Translations under genes and position numbers: made by a program | Origin: Eledone cirrhosa | Taxonomy: Eukaryota | NCBI GenBank assembly: GCA_964016885.1 | Contig: OZ024741.1 | Span: 200,694,001 to 200,758,000 of the forward strand | Reading direction: 5' to 3' | DNA: 64,000 bases | In this document: piece by piece, positions 27,439 to 41,820 of the stretch | Layout: the number at the start of each line of letters is the position of its first letter | How positions within the stretch are numbered: the stretch's first letter is position 1 | The notes under the pieces: model-generated | What the model was told of the DNA's origin: nothing | What the model saw: only the letters and a program-made list of their open reading frames with translations | Database searches by the model: none

Positions 27439-27497
27439 TGGTTCAAAGTGCCTAGCCAGTATCTAGGAGATTCAGGGTTCGATTCCTAGTAGCGGCC
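27439..27497 (+). pseudogene. tRNA-derived fragment (Thr-AGT-like arm), probably a SINE head
   Basis: Anticodon-like arm cctag-ccAGTat-ctagg and B-box GGTTCGATTCC; no intact acceptor stem. Confidence 0.5.
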
Positions 27498-27734
27498 GAT
27501 GGCAACTTCTGTTTTTAAGGGTCTTCAACTTATTTTATAAGCTATTTTATTGCATCTTCACGTATGAGCACAGCATTCTTTATATTAACTTTATCCCCTT
27601 AACGCTTCATAAAAGTCCAAGAGACCAGCTACGTACATGTGTGTTTAAAAATAATAAAAATAGAAATTAGAATATATGGGATTTTGGTATTCTGGTGATG
27701 AGTAAGAACATGACAAGACAATCATATAGTTAGT

Positions 27735-28014
27735 CACTAAGAACAAGAATTGTTCCTCCTACAGGTTTCCACATAGTTTCCGACTACCAAATTCCACATT
27801 TACAAAAAATAAAAATAAAAATAAAATTTATACCTCTCGAGTATTTGAACCACTGAAACCTGATCCTGAATCTTAAGTAATGACCGACAGCGGATAGAAG
27901 CGGCCGAAATGGAATCCATCTGAAGAGTCTTTGAAGTAACGTTACTCGCAGCTCGGAGATAAGGCAGTCGCTCCAGGTTGAGCTGCTACTCCTGTAAATG
28001 TCTAAGAAAAGAAT
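27735..28014. mobile_element. About 280-bp dispersed repeat with a 25-bp target-site duplication
   Basis: atgacaagacaatcatatagttagt at 27710-27734 and 28015-28039; second copy at about 31395-31678. Confidence 0.75.
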
Positions 28015-28159
28015 ATGACAAGACAATCATATAGTTAGTGTACTTTCGGTTATTTTTTATGAGAGTTAAGATGATGTATTTTTTCCCCTGATCATTAACC
28101 AAAATTGTGTTTTATGAGTCTGTGTTGCTAAGTAATTGTGTCTCCGGCTAGCTTGTGCT

Positions 28160-29200
28160 TGTGCCTGTGTTTAGTTTTGTTGGTGGATCTAGGTTGATGT
28201 TAGTGTCTTTTGATTAATGTCGGTACAGTTTAAAAGAGGGGCGGGGAAGGAAGAAAGAAGACAGGGAGACTTTAAGTGTAGATATACATTTTTGTGGGTG
28301 TAAGTGTGGGCGTTATGTTGGCGTTGTGTAATGTGATGGTTTCCTGTATTTGGTATATTATGTATTTATGTCATAAGAGTGGGGTGTCTTCTGTGTAAAT
28401 TATTTCATTCGTATTGTGCGTTTAAGGTGTTATAAGTGTGGGTGTTGTGTAAACATAGCTTAATGGAGTGGTTCTCTAAGGTATGTGCATTTGGATGAGT
28501 TATTTCATTAGCACTTTAGGAGGAGGGGTGAAAATTTATGTCTGGTTATGTAGTATCAGGATATTTGTCATTACGTATGCGTGAACCTACGGTAGTATAG
28601 CTGGCGCATTGGTGTATTTTTTATGTGGGGCTATGCTTTTTTTTCTTGTATGTTGTGGTTGTGGTAGTGAGGTGGTTTTCACTTAGGTGCCATCTATGAT
28701 GTTGAATGTGTGTTAACTGCGCTGTCAGTTGAGGCGAGTGTTATATAACTGGTATGACTTTTTGAGGTGTATATCGTTTTTGTTTAAGAGTGATTCCTTA
28801 GCGGGAACTACATGCATGATTTCACCGGCGTCTACCGGTGTAAGATTTGGCCTCGGTTATGATACTCAACTTGTAACTTGAAAGATGTATTTTTCTCACT
28901 CGCGTGTCATATGTGGGTCGAAGGTGTCGTAGGGTTTTTTCCGAGCTGGGTTGCATAAGCTGTATTGATGTTAGTAAAATCTTATTTCGAATTAACGCGC
29001 TGTGAGATCTATATAGATTTTGTTTCAGTGGTCGATAATAACATTGCATTAATATACAAAGTGTTTTTCATAACAATGTATTAAGCGTGTTGTTTGTTTT
29101 ATTAGAGTAAGTGCATTGCTTTCCTGTGTAAGTGTTCTGGTTTGTTTGTGTTCTTCTAGAATTAAGTTCTGTTAAATGTGATTTTTACCTCAATGTTTTT
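28160..29200 (-). mobile_element. Very old decayed retroelement, possibly PLE
   Basis: Strand-skewed composition and scattered peptide remnants only. Confidence 0.25.
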
Positions 29201-29599
29201 TCGTGAGCCACCATATTCTAGAACACTGAGGAAATTTTCTTGACTTTGAGTTTCCACCAGTGCACTTTCATCCGTCCGTCTATACTACGAGTCATTTCAC
29301 CTTCGTACCGAGAGAAAAAGGATGAAGGCGCATTAGCAAGAACTGATCAGTGTTCTACCAGCATGTCAAACAAGAACAAGGTAGTTCACTAGAAAATATT
29401 GAAGTATAAATCATATCTGCGCACAGAACTGATGGAATGCTCAGACAGATTAAGGAAGCCATCCATATAATAAAAAATAAACCCACTCTCAATAAAAAGC
29501 AAAAATGGAATAGCAACAATCCTACAGCCTACAAGCAAGTAACCTAGTGACTGATGACAAAAAATATTATGTCACATAAGACCAATGAGAAAAGTTGTA

Positions 29600-30570
29600 T
29601 TTGTGAGTGGGGTTTAGAAAGAGGAGGGATTACCGCTGATCAAAACCTACTTAATTTACGTATTGTGGGTAGGGGAAAAAGGGGTGAGGGGGAAGATGAG
29701 AAAATATGGGAGAAGTAGAAAGGAAAGAAGTTAGAGAGAAGGAACTCGGGCCAGAGCGACCAGATATAAGATATGGATGAAAGGTAATAAATTAACTTGG
29801 GGAGCGAGGGGGGCAGTATCAGTTTTATCTAACAGAGGTTTACTTTAAGATGCCGAAAGGAACCGATACAAAGTAGGGGCGGCTCGAGGTAGGGTATTGT
29901 AAGGGGTAGGAATTAAAAGTAGAGTAGATAGAGAGATATAAGATCAGATCTAGTCGGAGTGGTATTTAGCGAAGGTTTCTAATGTCTTATATTGACAGTT
30001 AAATATTCTAGGAGGAGGGGTGTTGTAAGGGTGGATACCTAGATACAGGATCAAACCCTATGTTAGTAAGGATGATATTAAGCGAAGGTTCGTAAAGCTT
30101 TACGTTGGCAGTTAAAGATTCTATCATAACGAGAGTTCAACAGATCTGAACCACTCATAATCACTAGTACTTCCACCAGACAAAGATTACAGGAGCGTCT
30201 TTCATTTTTGTATGGGCGGGCGAAACTTAATACTGACCCGGAGAGTGTATAGCCCATATTATTCTGTTTTAAGTCCCAAATTCTTTTGGCGAAGGCGGTT
30301 GATTAGCGTAGCCCGAGATTCGTGAATGAATGTGTGTGCAAGTATCACCTTCTTTTCAAAATGTTGGATGTGGCACCCACATACTTATATATCCCAAAAT
30401 TTGTTATGACCGCACACTAGTAAATTGTGTTTTTTTTACAAGCAATTTCCATTTAAAGGACAATTGTTGGGTTGCCTGCAGTTGCACTGTGTCCTCGCAT
30501 AATGTATGGGATCGTTATTTGTACTTTATTTGGGGTGTTGTACGAGGTATGGAGAGGTTGTGTTAGAATC
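29600..30570 (-). mobile_element. PLE 3' fragment (GIY-YIG and 3' UTR) of the same type as 15646-17710
   Basis: Minus translation: QCNCRQPNNCPLNGNCL..YKYVGATSNILKRR*YLHTHSF..AKRIWDLK..RPYKNERRSCNLCLVE. Confidence 0.8.
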
Positions 30571-30598
30571 GCATGCACATTATGCCAAAAGTAGAAAC

Positions 30599-30652
<54 letters not shown>

Positions 30653-30812
30653 CTGTGTGTGTGTATAGGTATAGGCACACACACAGATACAAACACCCTT
30701 ATATGTGCATCTAAATATATTTTTCTGATAAAACTCGATGACACGCTAATTTATATGAGCGTGTCATTGAATTGTATAGTATCTGAGACCAAGACACTTG
30801 ACACATGTCACC

Positions 30813-31127
30813 TACTCTCAGGTCTTGTATAATCGTCACCACCACCCCCGCCTATTAAATTGTGCTAATCTATCTCAGGGGAAATTTTATTGTGATTCAT
30901 ATCGATACAGCAGCTGGATAATCCGATAATAGTTTTATTTTATATTAAAAAAAACATTGTATATGACAAAAAAAAGACCATTTCAAGAAATCCCATATTT
31001 ACGAACGTACACTACTGATCCCCCACCGTTTATTCCACCCCTACCCCCCACCCCCCAGTCATAAGAATTTAAACAAGTACCCCGCCCGCTTAACCTCCTC
31101 CTCCTATTATTTGGGACTCGAGAATAG
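30813..31127. mobile_element. Possible MITE of a DNA transposon
   Basis: Imperfect termini tactctcaggtcttgtataat and attatttgggactcgagaata, with internal C-rich subrepeats. Confidence 0.35.
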
Positions 31128-31394
31128 CTGAAAGTAGATACAGTAAGGTAGGAACAGCTAATTGATATAAGCAACAAGAGGTGTGAAAAACCAACAATTG
31201 ATGTTATTATAATTTAATCAAAGCTGAAAACGCAATTCCCATAACCCTTTCATGTCCTCTGTGACTGGTGGGGGTGAACAGAGAAGTTATCTGTAAATCT
31301 GGAACCTGATCGAATTACTTGCAATAAACTCTACTAAACAAACTCAGAAACGAGACAGAGATGGTATTAAACCACCAAACAGATAAAATCTACT

Positions 31395-31678
31395 CACTAA
31401 GAACAAGAGTTGTTCCTCCTACAGGTTTCCACATAGTTTCCGACTACCACATTTCCCATTAACAAAAAAAGAAAGGAAAAGAAAAAGAAATTTACACCTC
31501 TCGAGTATTTGATCCACTGAGACCTGATCATGAATCTTAAGTAATGACCGACAGCGAATAGAAGCGGCCGAAATGGCATCCATCTGAAGAGTCTTTGAGA
31601 TAATGTTACTCATAGCTAGGAGATAAGGCAGTCGTTCCAGTTTGAGCTGCTACTCCCGTAAATGTCTAAGAAAAGAAT
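31395..31678. mobile_element. Second copy of the 27735-28014 repeat
   Basis: Colinear match in the same orientation. Confidence 0.75.
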
Positions 31679-32861
31679 CACTCGACTCTCCCAGGAATAT
31701 ATTACAGAAGAAGAAGAAGAAGAAGAAGAAGAAGAAGAAGAAGAAGGGGGGGGGGGGTGCAGAATCACTAGAGTATTGGACAAAACGCTTTCCGGTATTT
31801 GTAGTGGATGTAAATCCCACTGAGTTTAACTTTCATCCTCACTGAGGTTGATAAAATAAAGTACAATAAAGTAATGGGGTCAATTATATCGACTTTCCCC
31901 TCATCTTTAAAAGACAGTATGCCTAAATTAGTGAAACGATTTAAAGAAACGTTATATCAAAGCTGGGCATACTGTTATCTAATGTTCCTTTGAAAACTAG
32001 GGTGAAGTAATTTGAGTCCCAGGCTTCGCTGGCTTCGGCTGACAGTACCTAAAGTGGGCCCCTACTCATGGTTATGGACGCCCCGTATTTTTGTCCTCTA
32101 GAAGCTAGGTTAATTTTCGACCTGTTAAGAAGCGAGGAGGGAGAGAGCGACTGCGAGGCTAGCAAACATACCCCCATTAATCAAAATTGCTACAGAAACA
32201 GATACCTGACCTGGAAGCAGGCCCGTGACAAGGATTGCAATCGTGCGGAATGGAGATCTCTCGTTATCCAATGCTCTATAGGGTGCAAAAGGAACTAAAG
32301 ATGATGAATCTGTAACCAGCTCCCCGTACAAAATATCTCATCATTAAGAAGCACGTCCCAATGAAGGTGAGTCATAGGCTGTCAATATATTATCATTTCG
32401 TTGCTGAAACTTGCATGATATAAATCTGGGTTACTAGTAAATTCGTTCACTGCTAAATCTTCCAACCAACGCAATTTTGTAGTGTTCTGATGTGCATGTG
32501 TAAATATGTGCATGTTTATGTTTGTTCGTATGTGTATGGTTGTGATGAATAATACTTCCCGCAAGTGGTTCTATGTCACGTCTACATTATCTTTCTTTAA
32601 TTTGGATATCTGATAAGTTATTTGGCAAATTTTGGCATATTGTACGGCAAACTGTCTTCCCACAACTGCCAGAGCTGTATGGAAGTTCATGTTCATGATC
32701 ATCGTCATCCCCATCGTCATCATTATCTGTCACGGATCTGATGATGAAACATGATGAACGTGATACTGATGGTGATGATGATGATAATCATTATCATCAT
32801 CATCACATACATCTTCTTTTAATCGCAGATATAAAAACGTTATTTAAATTTTTTTTTGTAC

Positions 32862-33010
32862 ATAATTGTTTCTACTTTTGAAACAAGCCCAGCAATTACC
32901 CAGTGCATTACTGGTACTTTATTTTATCGACCCCCGTAAGGATGAAAGGAAAAGTTAACCTCGACGGGATTTGAACTCAGACGGTAAAGGGACGTAACTA
33001 TGCTAGAGAC
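32862..33010 (-). mobile_element. SINE family A, 5'-truncated; more diverged relatives at about 3990-4170, 31760-31890, 33305-33440 and 34920-35295
   Basis: Family body and B-box are recognisable. Confidence 0.75.
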
Positions 33011-36000
33011 CTCTACACAAATGCCTAATTTTCAATTCCTTGTATGTTAGCTTTGAAACTAAGTCAACAAAGATAAACCGTATCTGGATACAAGTACTTT
33101 ATAGATGATATGAGAGTTAGGTTACATTGTGTTTTTTTAGTTAAACCACGCGTTGTCGATTTTACAATATTACAATTTATCGTCTTGTAGCTGCTAGAAC
33201 TGGGTTGAGGCTCTAATACACACTCTCCTCTAATGTAGCTCGACTTGTGTTCAAAAACGCACTATAACAGTCATAACGTCACAGACTCTTGTTAATTTGA
33301 CACAGTCGCTAGAGCTTCCGGACAAAATGTCTACTTTATTTAGTTATGGCTCTTTACGTTCTAAGTTCAAATTCTACCGATGTTCACATTCCCTTTCCTT
33401 TTTTTTTTCCCCAGGGTCGATAACATAAGGTACCACTTAATTATCGGAGTAAAGTCTTGAATTGAAACCTAGATGGGAATGGAATTATAATAGAAATAAA
33501 TACTCTAAGTTAGCGAGATATTCGTTATTATAGCAACTACTTAAAATATTGTTATCGAGACCTCAAGCATTCGTAGTGCATAGAACCTAAATAGGTTTAG
33601 AATAAAATAGCTCACGATAAAACATAAGAAGCATCTTTAGCTGACAGATTTATATAGTATCCTCAGATACTTTTTTAATTCTTGTGCAATTTAAACAATA
33701 TGCACTACATGTAAACGTGTGTTTTAAATTATGATGTAACATATTTAGATTCATCCACTACATCTGACGTAATGTATACAAGTTAAGACTGTTGTGCAAT
33801 GTATATAACTGCACTTAAATAAAGTTCATAATCTGCTAAGAAAAGTATACATACGTGCATGAATGATTCAGTATGTGTTTCTATGTATGTGTACGCATAT
33901 TCGTGATTTTATTGTGAAGTCTATATATGTTAAGATCATTGCTGAAGTAACTCTGTGCCAAATATGTCAATATACTGTTCAGGTAATTGTATATATGTGT
34001 CAAATATTTTCCCTTATTGTGAACAGCAGTATGTTTACAATAGCAATTCATATCCACCCATACGTATGTGACTCATTATTAGATTTTCTGCACCCACAAG
34101 TTGAGTGTTACTAATTCCACTGTGGCAAAGAATGATAAAATAACTTCCTATTCCATTCCACTACATTATATCTATGAGACACCGTCTAAATGACGTAATT
34201 GGAAAATTATTTATACTAACCAGGATAGCGGAAGAAATCAAATAAAACTAGGAATTGTTATTTATTCTATCCAATCAAAAAGTATCATAAATAGTGTTTA
34301 CTAGCTTCAGTTCTGTTTTGCAGATCTTTATTTGAAAGGTGTCGTTCCCACTCTTAGAAAATCGCTCCAAAAAGAAGTAAATTACTTGACACATCAAATA
34401 AATGTTTAAATACGCTTCATATTCGAGCTGCTTTTTCAAATTGTTATATAAACAAAGTATTTGCACGAAGTGTGCATCACTCGTGTTGAAAATGGAGCAT
34501 GTAGAAAAACCAAGTTCTGTTCTAGATAGCGACGTAAATAACTATGCATCCGACTGTTGTGTTAAGTGTAATATGACAAAATAAATAAAAATCATTTATC
34601 AGCTGCAGCTACATAATCGAAATCTTCCTCTTCTTTTAAACTACATACATTTCAGCAGCTGCAACGTGAACTCCAAGTATTCATCTTCTCAACGAAAATG
34701 TAGGTTAGTGACCTTATATATATTTTGGAAAACACGTGAAAGCCGTGCCTCAATATGGCCGCAGTCTGATGAGTGAGACAAATATAAGAATAGAAGAAAC
34801 CAGTCCCAATCACACTAATTAATCTTGAGATTTTAGAATAAGGTGAAACTAAATATCGTTGATCAATACCGCTCCAGCCGATTCATCTTTTAAACTTTAA
34901 GTGATATAAGAATGAACCAGTGGATTGGTGCAATTGTTAAAGCATCGGATAAAATACCATGTGGTAGTTCTTCCGGCTCTTTACGTTCTGAGTTCAAATC
35001 CTACCAAGGTCAACTTTGCTTATCTTCCCAGGGAAGGTAAAATGGAGTACCGGCCAAGTACTGAAGTTGATTTTATCGGCTAGTCCTTCACCTCAAATCT
35101 TTTGTGTTTATGGCAGGGTCATTAGAGCGTCGGATGAAATGCTTCTTTGTGTTCTGAGTACAAATTCTGTTGCAGTCAACTTTGACTTTCATCCCTCCGG
35201 GGGCGATAAAATAAAGTACCAGACAAGTACTGATGTTGATTTAATCAACTTTGCCTTTTCCATAGATTTGCTGGCTTTGTGTCTAAATTAGAAATCTACA
35301 TGTAGGATATATCTGGAATAGCATAATACTATACTCACAATTTCCTTTTTGTCCGGCCATATTAACCCCCCTAGTCAAATTCTCTTTAATTGTGTACATT
35401 GTTTCACGGTTTCTATCTTTCATGATATTTTATTTTTATTTCTGTTTTTGTATTTCCCCACTTTATCCTTGTCTCAGTGTCATCGAGGAAGGCATAAGGG
35501 GTAAGCAGGTTCATTCTCTTATATCCAAAACATACAAATATGTATGTGCTTAAATGGAAATTCAATATTTCTAAGAGATCAGTTGCGATCAGTATGTATT
35601 GCTATATCTTGTAGCATTATCATAACTAGTCGGATATATTTTCTAGAACTTTAAAGTTGATGGCGTTCAGAATGTTTTTCATCTTTTATGAGGGCTTTAG
35701 AATTCTCTTAAATTCCACACCATAAACCATATAAAACAAATAAAGTAGGAAGTGACTTTATTTCAAACAAATATTTTTAGAAGAACGCAACACAGGAATG
35801 CTTCAAATTCTTGTTAGTAGGCCCATAAAAATTTATATCATTGGTATTATTTTCACTAATGCAGCTCATGTGCAACTATAATTAATTATGAACAAATGTT
35901 TAAAAAAATGAGACTATATAAACCATCTCAATTTCATTATTTGACATTCAAAATGAAACAGCGGTGAAATAAACAATTCTAATATCAACACCAAAAACGG

Positions 36001-36049
36001 TTTTAAATATTCAACAAAATATTTCATTCTCGGCAGAGCTGTTCTGCTA

Positions 36050-39000
36050 GAGAATGGGTCGCAGGTGGCGGATAGCGATATGGCAACCAGATATGATGGC
36101 TAGTTGCGATATAAGCAGGCAACTGCCGGACGAATAAACAACCCCGGACCAAGAACGGTAAAACTACTCAGGAAGGCGGAGCAATGGGTGACACATGTAG
36201 CTCCCAAGAAAACTCTCACAGCTCAGTGACGTAGCTAGGACGAGGCGAGTAAAGGCCGTCTCTAAAAACAGCCTAGTCTTTGCGGGTTTGACAAAGTACC
36301 AGATTGGTGATTGGCACAAATAAGATCACCAAAACTAAAACTGCAATACGATAAGGAAAACAAAGAAGAACCATACCGCATCGTCCTTTGTGCGGGATAA
36401 CAAGGAACGAGTTCAGGCCTTAAGTAGAAGGGCCTGTTCGAAAAATATATTGTAGTCTCCATTTTATGCCGCCAAGACTGGCGATGTGCCTGTGACATGT
36501 CCTAGGAGGCGTGAGATGGGTGCACAAAGTTTGTGTATCCCGAGACCACAAAGAGGGGTCGGAAGGGAACAAACTTTGACAATTGGAACCAGGAACATCA
36601 CAACTCTTACATGTAAGGAGCAAGAATTAGTGGAGGTGGGTAGATGCTACCGGCTAGATATAGTCAGGGTTTTCTCAACAAAGTTACGTGACTCTAACAC
36701 TGTAGATTTGGATGGAGGATAGAAACTCCACTATTCAGGCGTGGTACCAGAAATGACTGCACAGGTGGGAGTGGAGATACTCACAAGCCCTCAACTGTCA
36801 GAATGTCTTATGACCTGGATCCCATTATGAGGGAAGATTTGCCTCTTGAAGCTAAGGTTGAAAGATAGGTGTCTGTACGTGGTGCTAGTTTATGCACAAA
36901 ACAAGGAGTCCGAATGCAGGTCCTTCCTTGATGAAGTCACTGCAGCGTTAGATGTAGCTAAGACTGCCATATATATGGGAGACTTCAATGCACATGTTGG
37001 CACTGCAATCTGATATGGAAAGCAGTGATTAGAAAGAATGGCGACCCCGATCTAAAAACGAATGGAGAGGTCTTACTAGACTTCTGTTCTAGCAATGGAC
37101 TCTCTATTATAAATACCTTCTTCCAGCACAGAGACATCCATAAATATACATGGTACAAGGAGAATCATGTAGAGAGATCAATAATTTATTTTTTTATTGT
37201 CTCTGATCTCTTTGATTCTGATCTGGATGTTCGTGTTAAGAGAGAGAGGTTGAGCTGTCAACTGATCACCATCTAGTTATCTGCAACTTGAGACTAAGTA
37301 AAACCAAGGAAGCCCACAAAACTGACAGATCCAGGGCGAACCACAGGATAATGTAGGAAGCATTGGTGGATACAGAAGTCAGGACCAGGTATGCAGATAT
37401 TATTGTATCGAAATTCAAAGACCCCCTGAACAAACTGAGGAAGTTGAGACAGAGTGGAGATTGTTCAGTGCAGCAGCTTCAACTTCTGCTGTGAGAAAAA
37501 GAGGCTTGGTGTGGGGTTGGATAGCAGCAATACCCCTTGGTTTAATCAAGAGGTCAAAGATGCCATCCAAGCAAAGGACACTTACAAATCTTGGCTTGGA
37601 AATAAGTCCTCCCTTTTGCACTTGCGGTACAAGCAGAGGCAGTAAAGGCGTCCAACGTTAAGACATGGGAGGACTTTGAGGTTAAGCTGAAATCCGACTC
37701 CAGATCAGCAAATGAAATGATCTGACAGACCATCCGCCTACCTCGTAATAAGAAGCCCTCATCCACTCCTGCTATCAAGAACGCATCTGGGATTCTCTCT
37801 CCAGAGATATGCATTCTCGCGAGATGGAAGGAATACTTTGCTGATCCCTTAAACCCGATCACAAAAGCATCTTCTGATGTACATGAAGTGCATCTGGGAG
37901 CAGTGGCTAACCCATCAGAAGCTGAGGTCACAAGAGCAGTTAAAGAGCTCAAATGTGGCAAAGCCGCCGGGGAAGATGAAATCCGGCATAAAATATTAAA
38001 AGCCTCAAATAGAGAAGGATTACTTTGACTGACTTGTGTGTACCGAGTGGCCTGGATCTCTGGAAAGGCACCTAAGCAATGACAATCAAGAGAAATAATC
38101 CAAATTTTCAAAAGAGAGAAGAGAGATTGTTCCTATTACAGAGGGATCTACTTGCTGAGCCTCCTCGGTAAAGTCTATGCCAAGTGTCTGGCAAAGAGAT
38201 GCAGCGAGATTGGCTTGTCCAAGCCAGCTGATGAACAGCGTGGTTTTCTCCCCGGGCGCAGCACAGCCGACCAAATATTCACACTACAGCAGGTCTTCGA
38301 GAAATCGTGGGAGTATTGCCTAGAGGTATATTCTTGTTTTGTTTTGTAGACCTCGAAAAGGCATATGACCACGTTTCTCGGCACTTGCTGTGGAAAGTGG
38401 TGCTGGAGTATGGGATCGATGGTTAGCTTCTTGCTGTTCTAATGTCTTTATACGAATGCCCAAGTATTTGTATTTGGATAAAGGGTGCTAAATAGAAACC
38501 ATTCAATGAGGAAGCCGGACCCTGTCATTTCTGTTCATTATTTAATGAACAGGATTGATATGCGCAACCAGGCTGTAAGTGGTATTATGACTGACGGGTG
38601 TATAATCAGTCGGTTGGAATTTGCAAATGACATGGTGTTACTTAACTCGACAGACGATGATTTCCGACTTGCAGTTGATAGGTTTGATACCGAGTCCTGC
38701 GTGGCTGGAATGAAAATCAGTGCTGCAAAAACTCTCAAGGAACCCCGCGCACTGCACTCTACATGTAAATGGAGTTCTACTGAAGCAGGTTGAGAAGTTC
38801 AAGTATCTGAGGGCCGTGTTCACGAGTGATGGAAGGCAGGAGGCTGAATTAAGTTCAAGAATTGCAAAAGCTGGTGCATTACTGCACTAGTTTCAGCATC
38901 CAGTAATCAGAAGATGTAAATCAGAAATCAGAAGGTGTAAAAGACAAACTCGCTATCTTCAATTCTGTATTTGTGCCAACCGTTACCTATGGTCATGAAT

Positions 39001-39444
39001 CTTGGGTAATGATCGAAAGAATACGATCGGGAATATAAGCGGCCTAAATGGGGTTACTCCGAAGGATTTTGGCGTAACGTTACTCGATAGTGTGCGTAGT
39101 TCAGAGACCAGAGAGTCACTCTAGGTAGAGCCGCTACTTCTCTGAATTGAGCGATCACAGCTCCGATACTATGGGCATATGGTTAGAATATCTCAGGAAA
39201 GAATCGCTGCACATATTTTACGGACAAAACCAACTGGCAGGAGACCCCAAGAGTAGACTTCGAGCGACAGGGTTGGGGGACATCCATGAGCTTGGTTAGT
39301 CTCACTTAGAGATCCAGCCGGATCTGTTGGAGACGGTCACTTCTGACAGGACCAGCTAGAAGGAGTGTTTGATAACTCTGCCCCCACAACCCTCTCAAGA
39401 AGAAGAAGAAGAAGAAGAAGAAGAAGAAGAAGAAGAAGAAGAAG
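36050..39444 (+). mobile_element. Apparently full-length, decayed RTE-clade LINE (APE + RT) with (GAA)n tail
   Basis: RTE-like 5' UTR; LTIGTRNITTL, MGDFNAHVG, NTFFQHRDIHKYTW, EQRGFLPGRSTADQIF, LEFAND; many stops; (AAG)n at 39397-39444. Confidence 0.88.
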
Positions 39445-39759
39445 ATATCTATAGGGTTGTTAAGCTCGATAAGGTATATTTACTCCTCGGTTAGGTATTT
39501 CATTGCAGTTATTTAGCTGATCTACATACCTTCTGAAGAGAAACCCAAAACACAGTTACGCTGTCTCGATTACCGCTATACTGTATATGTACAGATATAC
39601 ATTTATCCCATACACACACACACACTAGTATTGAAGCAAAACGACTAATAAATTAGTAAAATATCAATCGAAATAGTTGCCAAGAATGCGAGTCAGTGTA
39701 TATGCCAGTCAGACATTCCGATTTATTTTATTATTTTAAATGTTACTAGTCGTAGTCGT

Positions 39760-39803
<44 letters not shown>

Positions 39804-39807
39804 TAAT

Positions 39808-40234
<427 letters not shown>

Positions 40235-40321
40235 CAGTGTTTATGTAGATAGTTAAAAACGTTATTTAGTGTCTCATGAAATTCCAATACCTTATTGAAA
40301 CCAGTCTCCACAAAAATATCA

Positions 40322-40516
40322 ATAATTGTTTCTACTTTTGGGACAAGGCAAGCAATTATCCCAGTGCATTTCTGCTACTTTATTTTATCGACCCCGTAAG
40401 GATGAAAGGCAAAGTTAACCTCGGCAGGATTTGAAATCAGACGGTAAAGGGTGGTAACACTATGTTGCAAAGCATGGCGTCCGACTCTCTACCGACACTG
40501 CCAATCAAAGCGCCTA
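40322..40516 (-). mobile_element. SINE family A full copy with TSD
   Basis: acaaaaatatcaataat on both sides (about 40309 and 40517). Confidence 0.88.
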
Positions 40517-40714
40517 ACAAAAATATCAATAATAAAGAGAAGATTCGATCATCTATGTATACATAATAACTAAAAAATCTTTAGATATATTTTCTGGTAC
40601 ATTATGTATAAATAACATTGAAACAAAACACTGTCAACGTCCCAGCAATATCCTTATTTGAGTCTATCGTGTTTGTGGAAAATAATTATATCAGGATATG
40701 CACTTTATACAATT

Positions 40715-41820
40715 AAAAGTCGGTGGGTCTCTGGCTCGGCACCTGGAAAGGCTGTCCAACACCTGGAGAGGCCGTCCATGCCGTCCATCAGCGTCATCGG
40801 ACGCTGGACGGACGGTTCGGTTAAATTACTAGGGGTGTGGTTCGGTCCAGACCTGCAGACGGACAAAAACTGGGATGACGTGACGAGCAAGGTGGCCGCT
40901 CTCACCCAGAAATGGGCCGAGAGGAAGCTATCCCTGAAAGGTCGAGCGGAGGTGGCGAACACGTACATCGCGTCCGTTATTTACTACCGCCTGACCATCG
41001 TGCCTTGTCCTAAGCCTCGCCTGACTGCGATGACGCCCTCATTAACTTTTTTAGGTTTTACCTGAAAAAGTTAATGGGGGGGGGGGTCATCGAAGAGGAA
41101 AGTGTCCTGGTTAAAGGAGAGCGGTGGGGCAATCTTCACGATGGACTCAGCTGATAGTCGGATCCGTCTTACACACGACAGCAGATGTTCGACATAAACC
41201 CACAAGTCAGTGATGCTTGGACACCGGACGAGTGCGTGCATGACGGTTTCGTCGCCTTGCGTGCATCTCGGACAGGCCCGCCTGACGGCACTTCCATGCC
41301 TGTAGAATTTACTCTGGACTGGCAAAGCTCCTTGGTAGCACCTCCAGACCAGGGATTTCTGAAAGTTGTTCATGGGGCCCCAGTCCGAAAGTTCTCCCGA
41401 AGAGATTGGCTAGCTGATTTTCGTCGACGCCCAGAGTCTCCTCAAGGAAAAATCAGGGTGGCAAGGGAAATGCTGGCTTCCAGACAGTTTGTTGAAAGGT
41501 GGGTGAGAGAGGCAAGAATGGCCCGTGTGAGTGGGCCTGCCCTGAGCGTGTGCCTATAGTATTGTAGGAGGAAAATTGGAAGAGGGCGCCTGCCCTAGCG
41601 GTCACGGTAACCGTGACCTTTTTGTGGGCTTTCTCCACGAGTGACCCTCAGAAGTCTCACCCCTATTGGGGAATTTTTCCTTTTTTTTGTTACATCCTTT
41701 GTTTTTGTTTTTTATACATACAATTTTGTTTTTGTTTTTTACTTTCAGAAATGCTCATTTGTACCGTTTCTGTACTGTCCTTAATGTTATACTTTATGTC
41801 AACCCTTGTGGTTAATAAAG
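40715..41820. mobile_element. Rearranged 3' fragment of a Tx1-like LINE (+/-/+)
   Basis: Plus: VKLLGVWFGPDL..LKGRAEVAN. Minus 41066-41390: NFQKSLVWRCY..CPRC..HALVRC. Plus 41440-41820: ORF end and AATAAA. Confidence 0.85.

Noticed and set aside
27439-27497. Functional tRNA-Thr gene
   Set aside because: No acceptor stem or D-arm and a non-canonical anticodon loop; treated as a derived repeat.
29222-29380. Open frame ending AAG|GTAGTT, a possible exon
   Set aside because: Weak acceptor and donor, and no recognisable peptide.
29552-29580. CTGATGA box
   Set aside because: No correctly placed GAAA or stems, so not a hammerhead.
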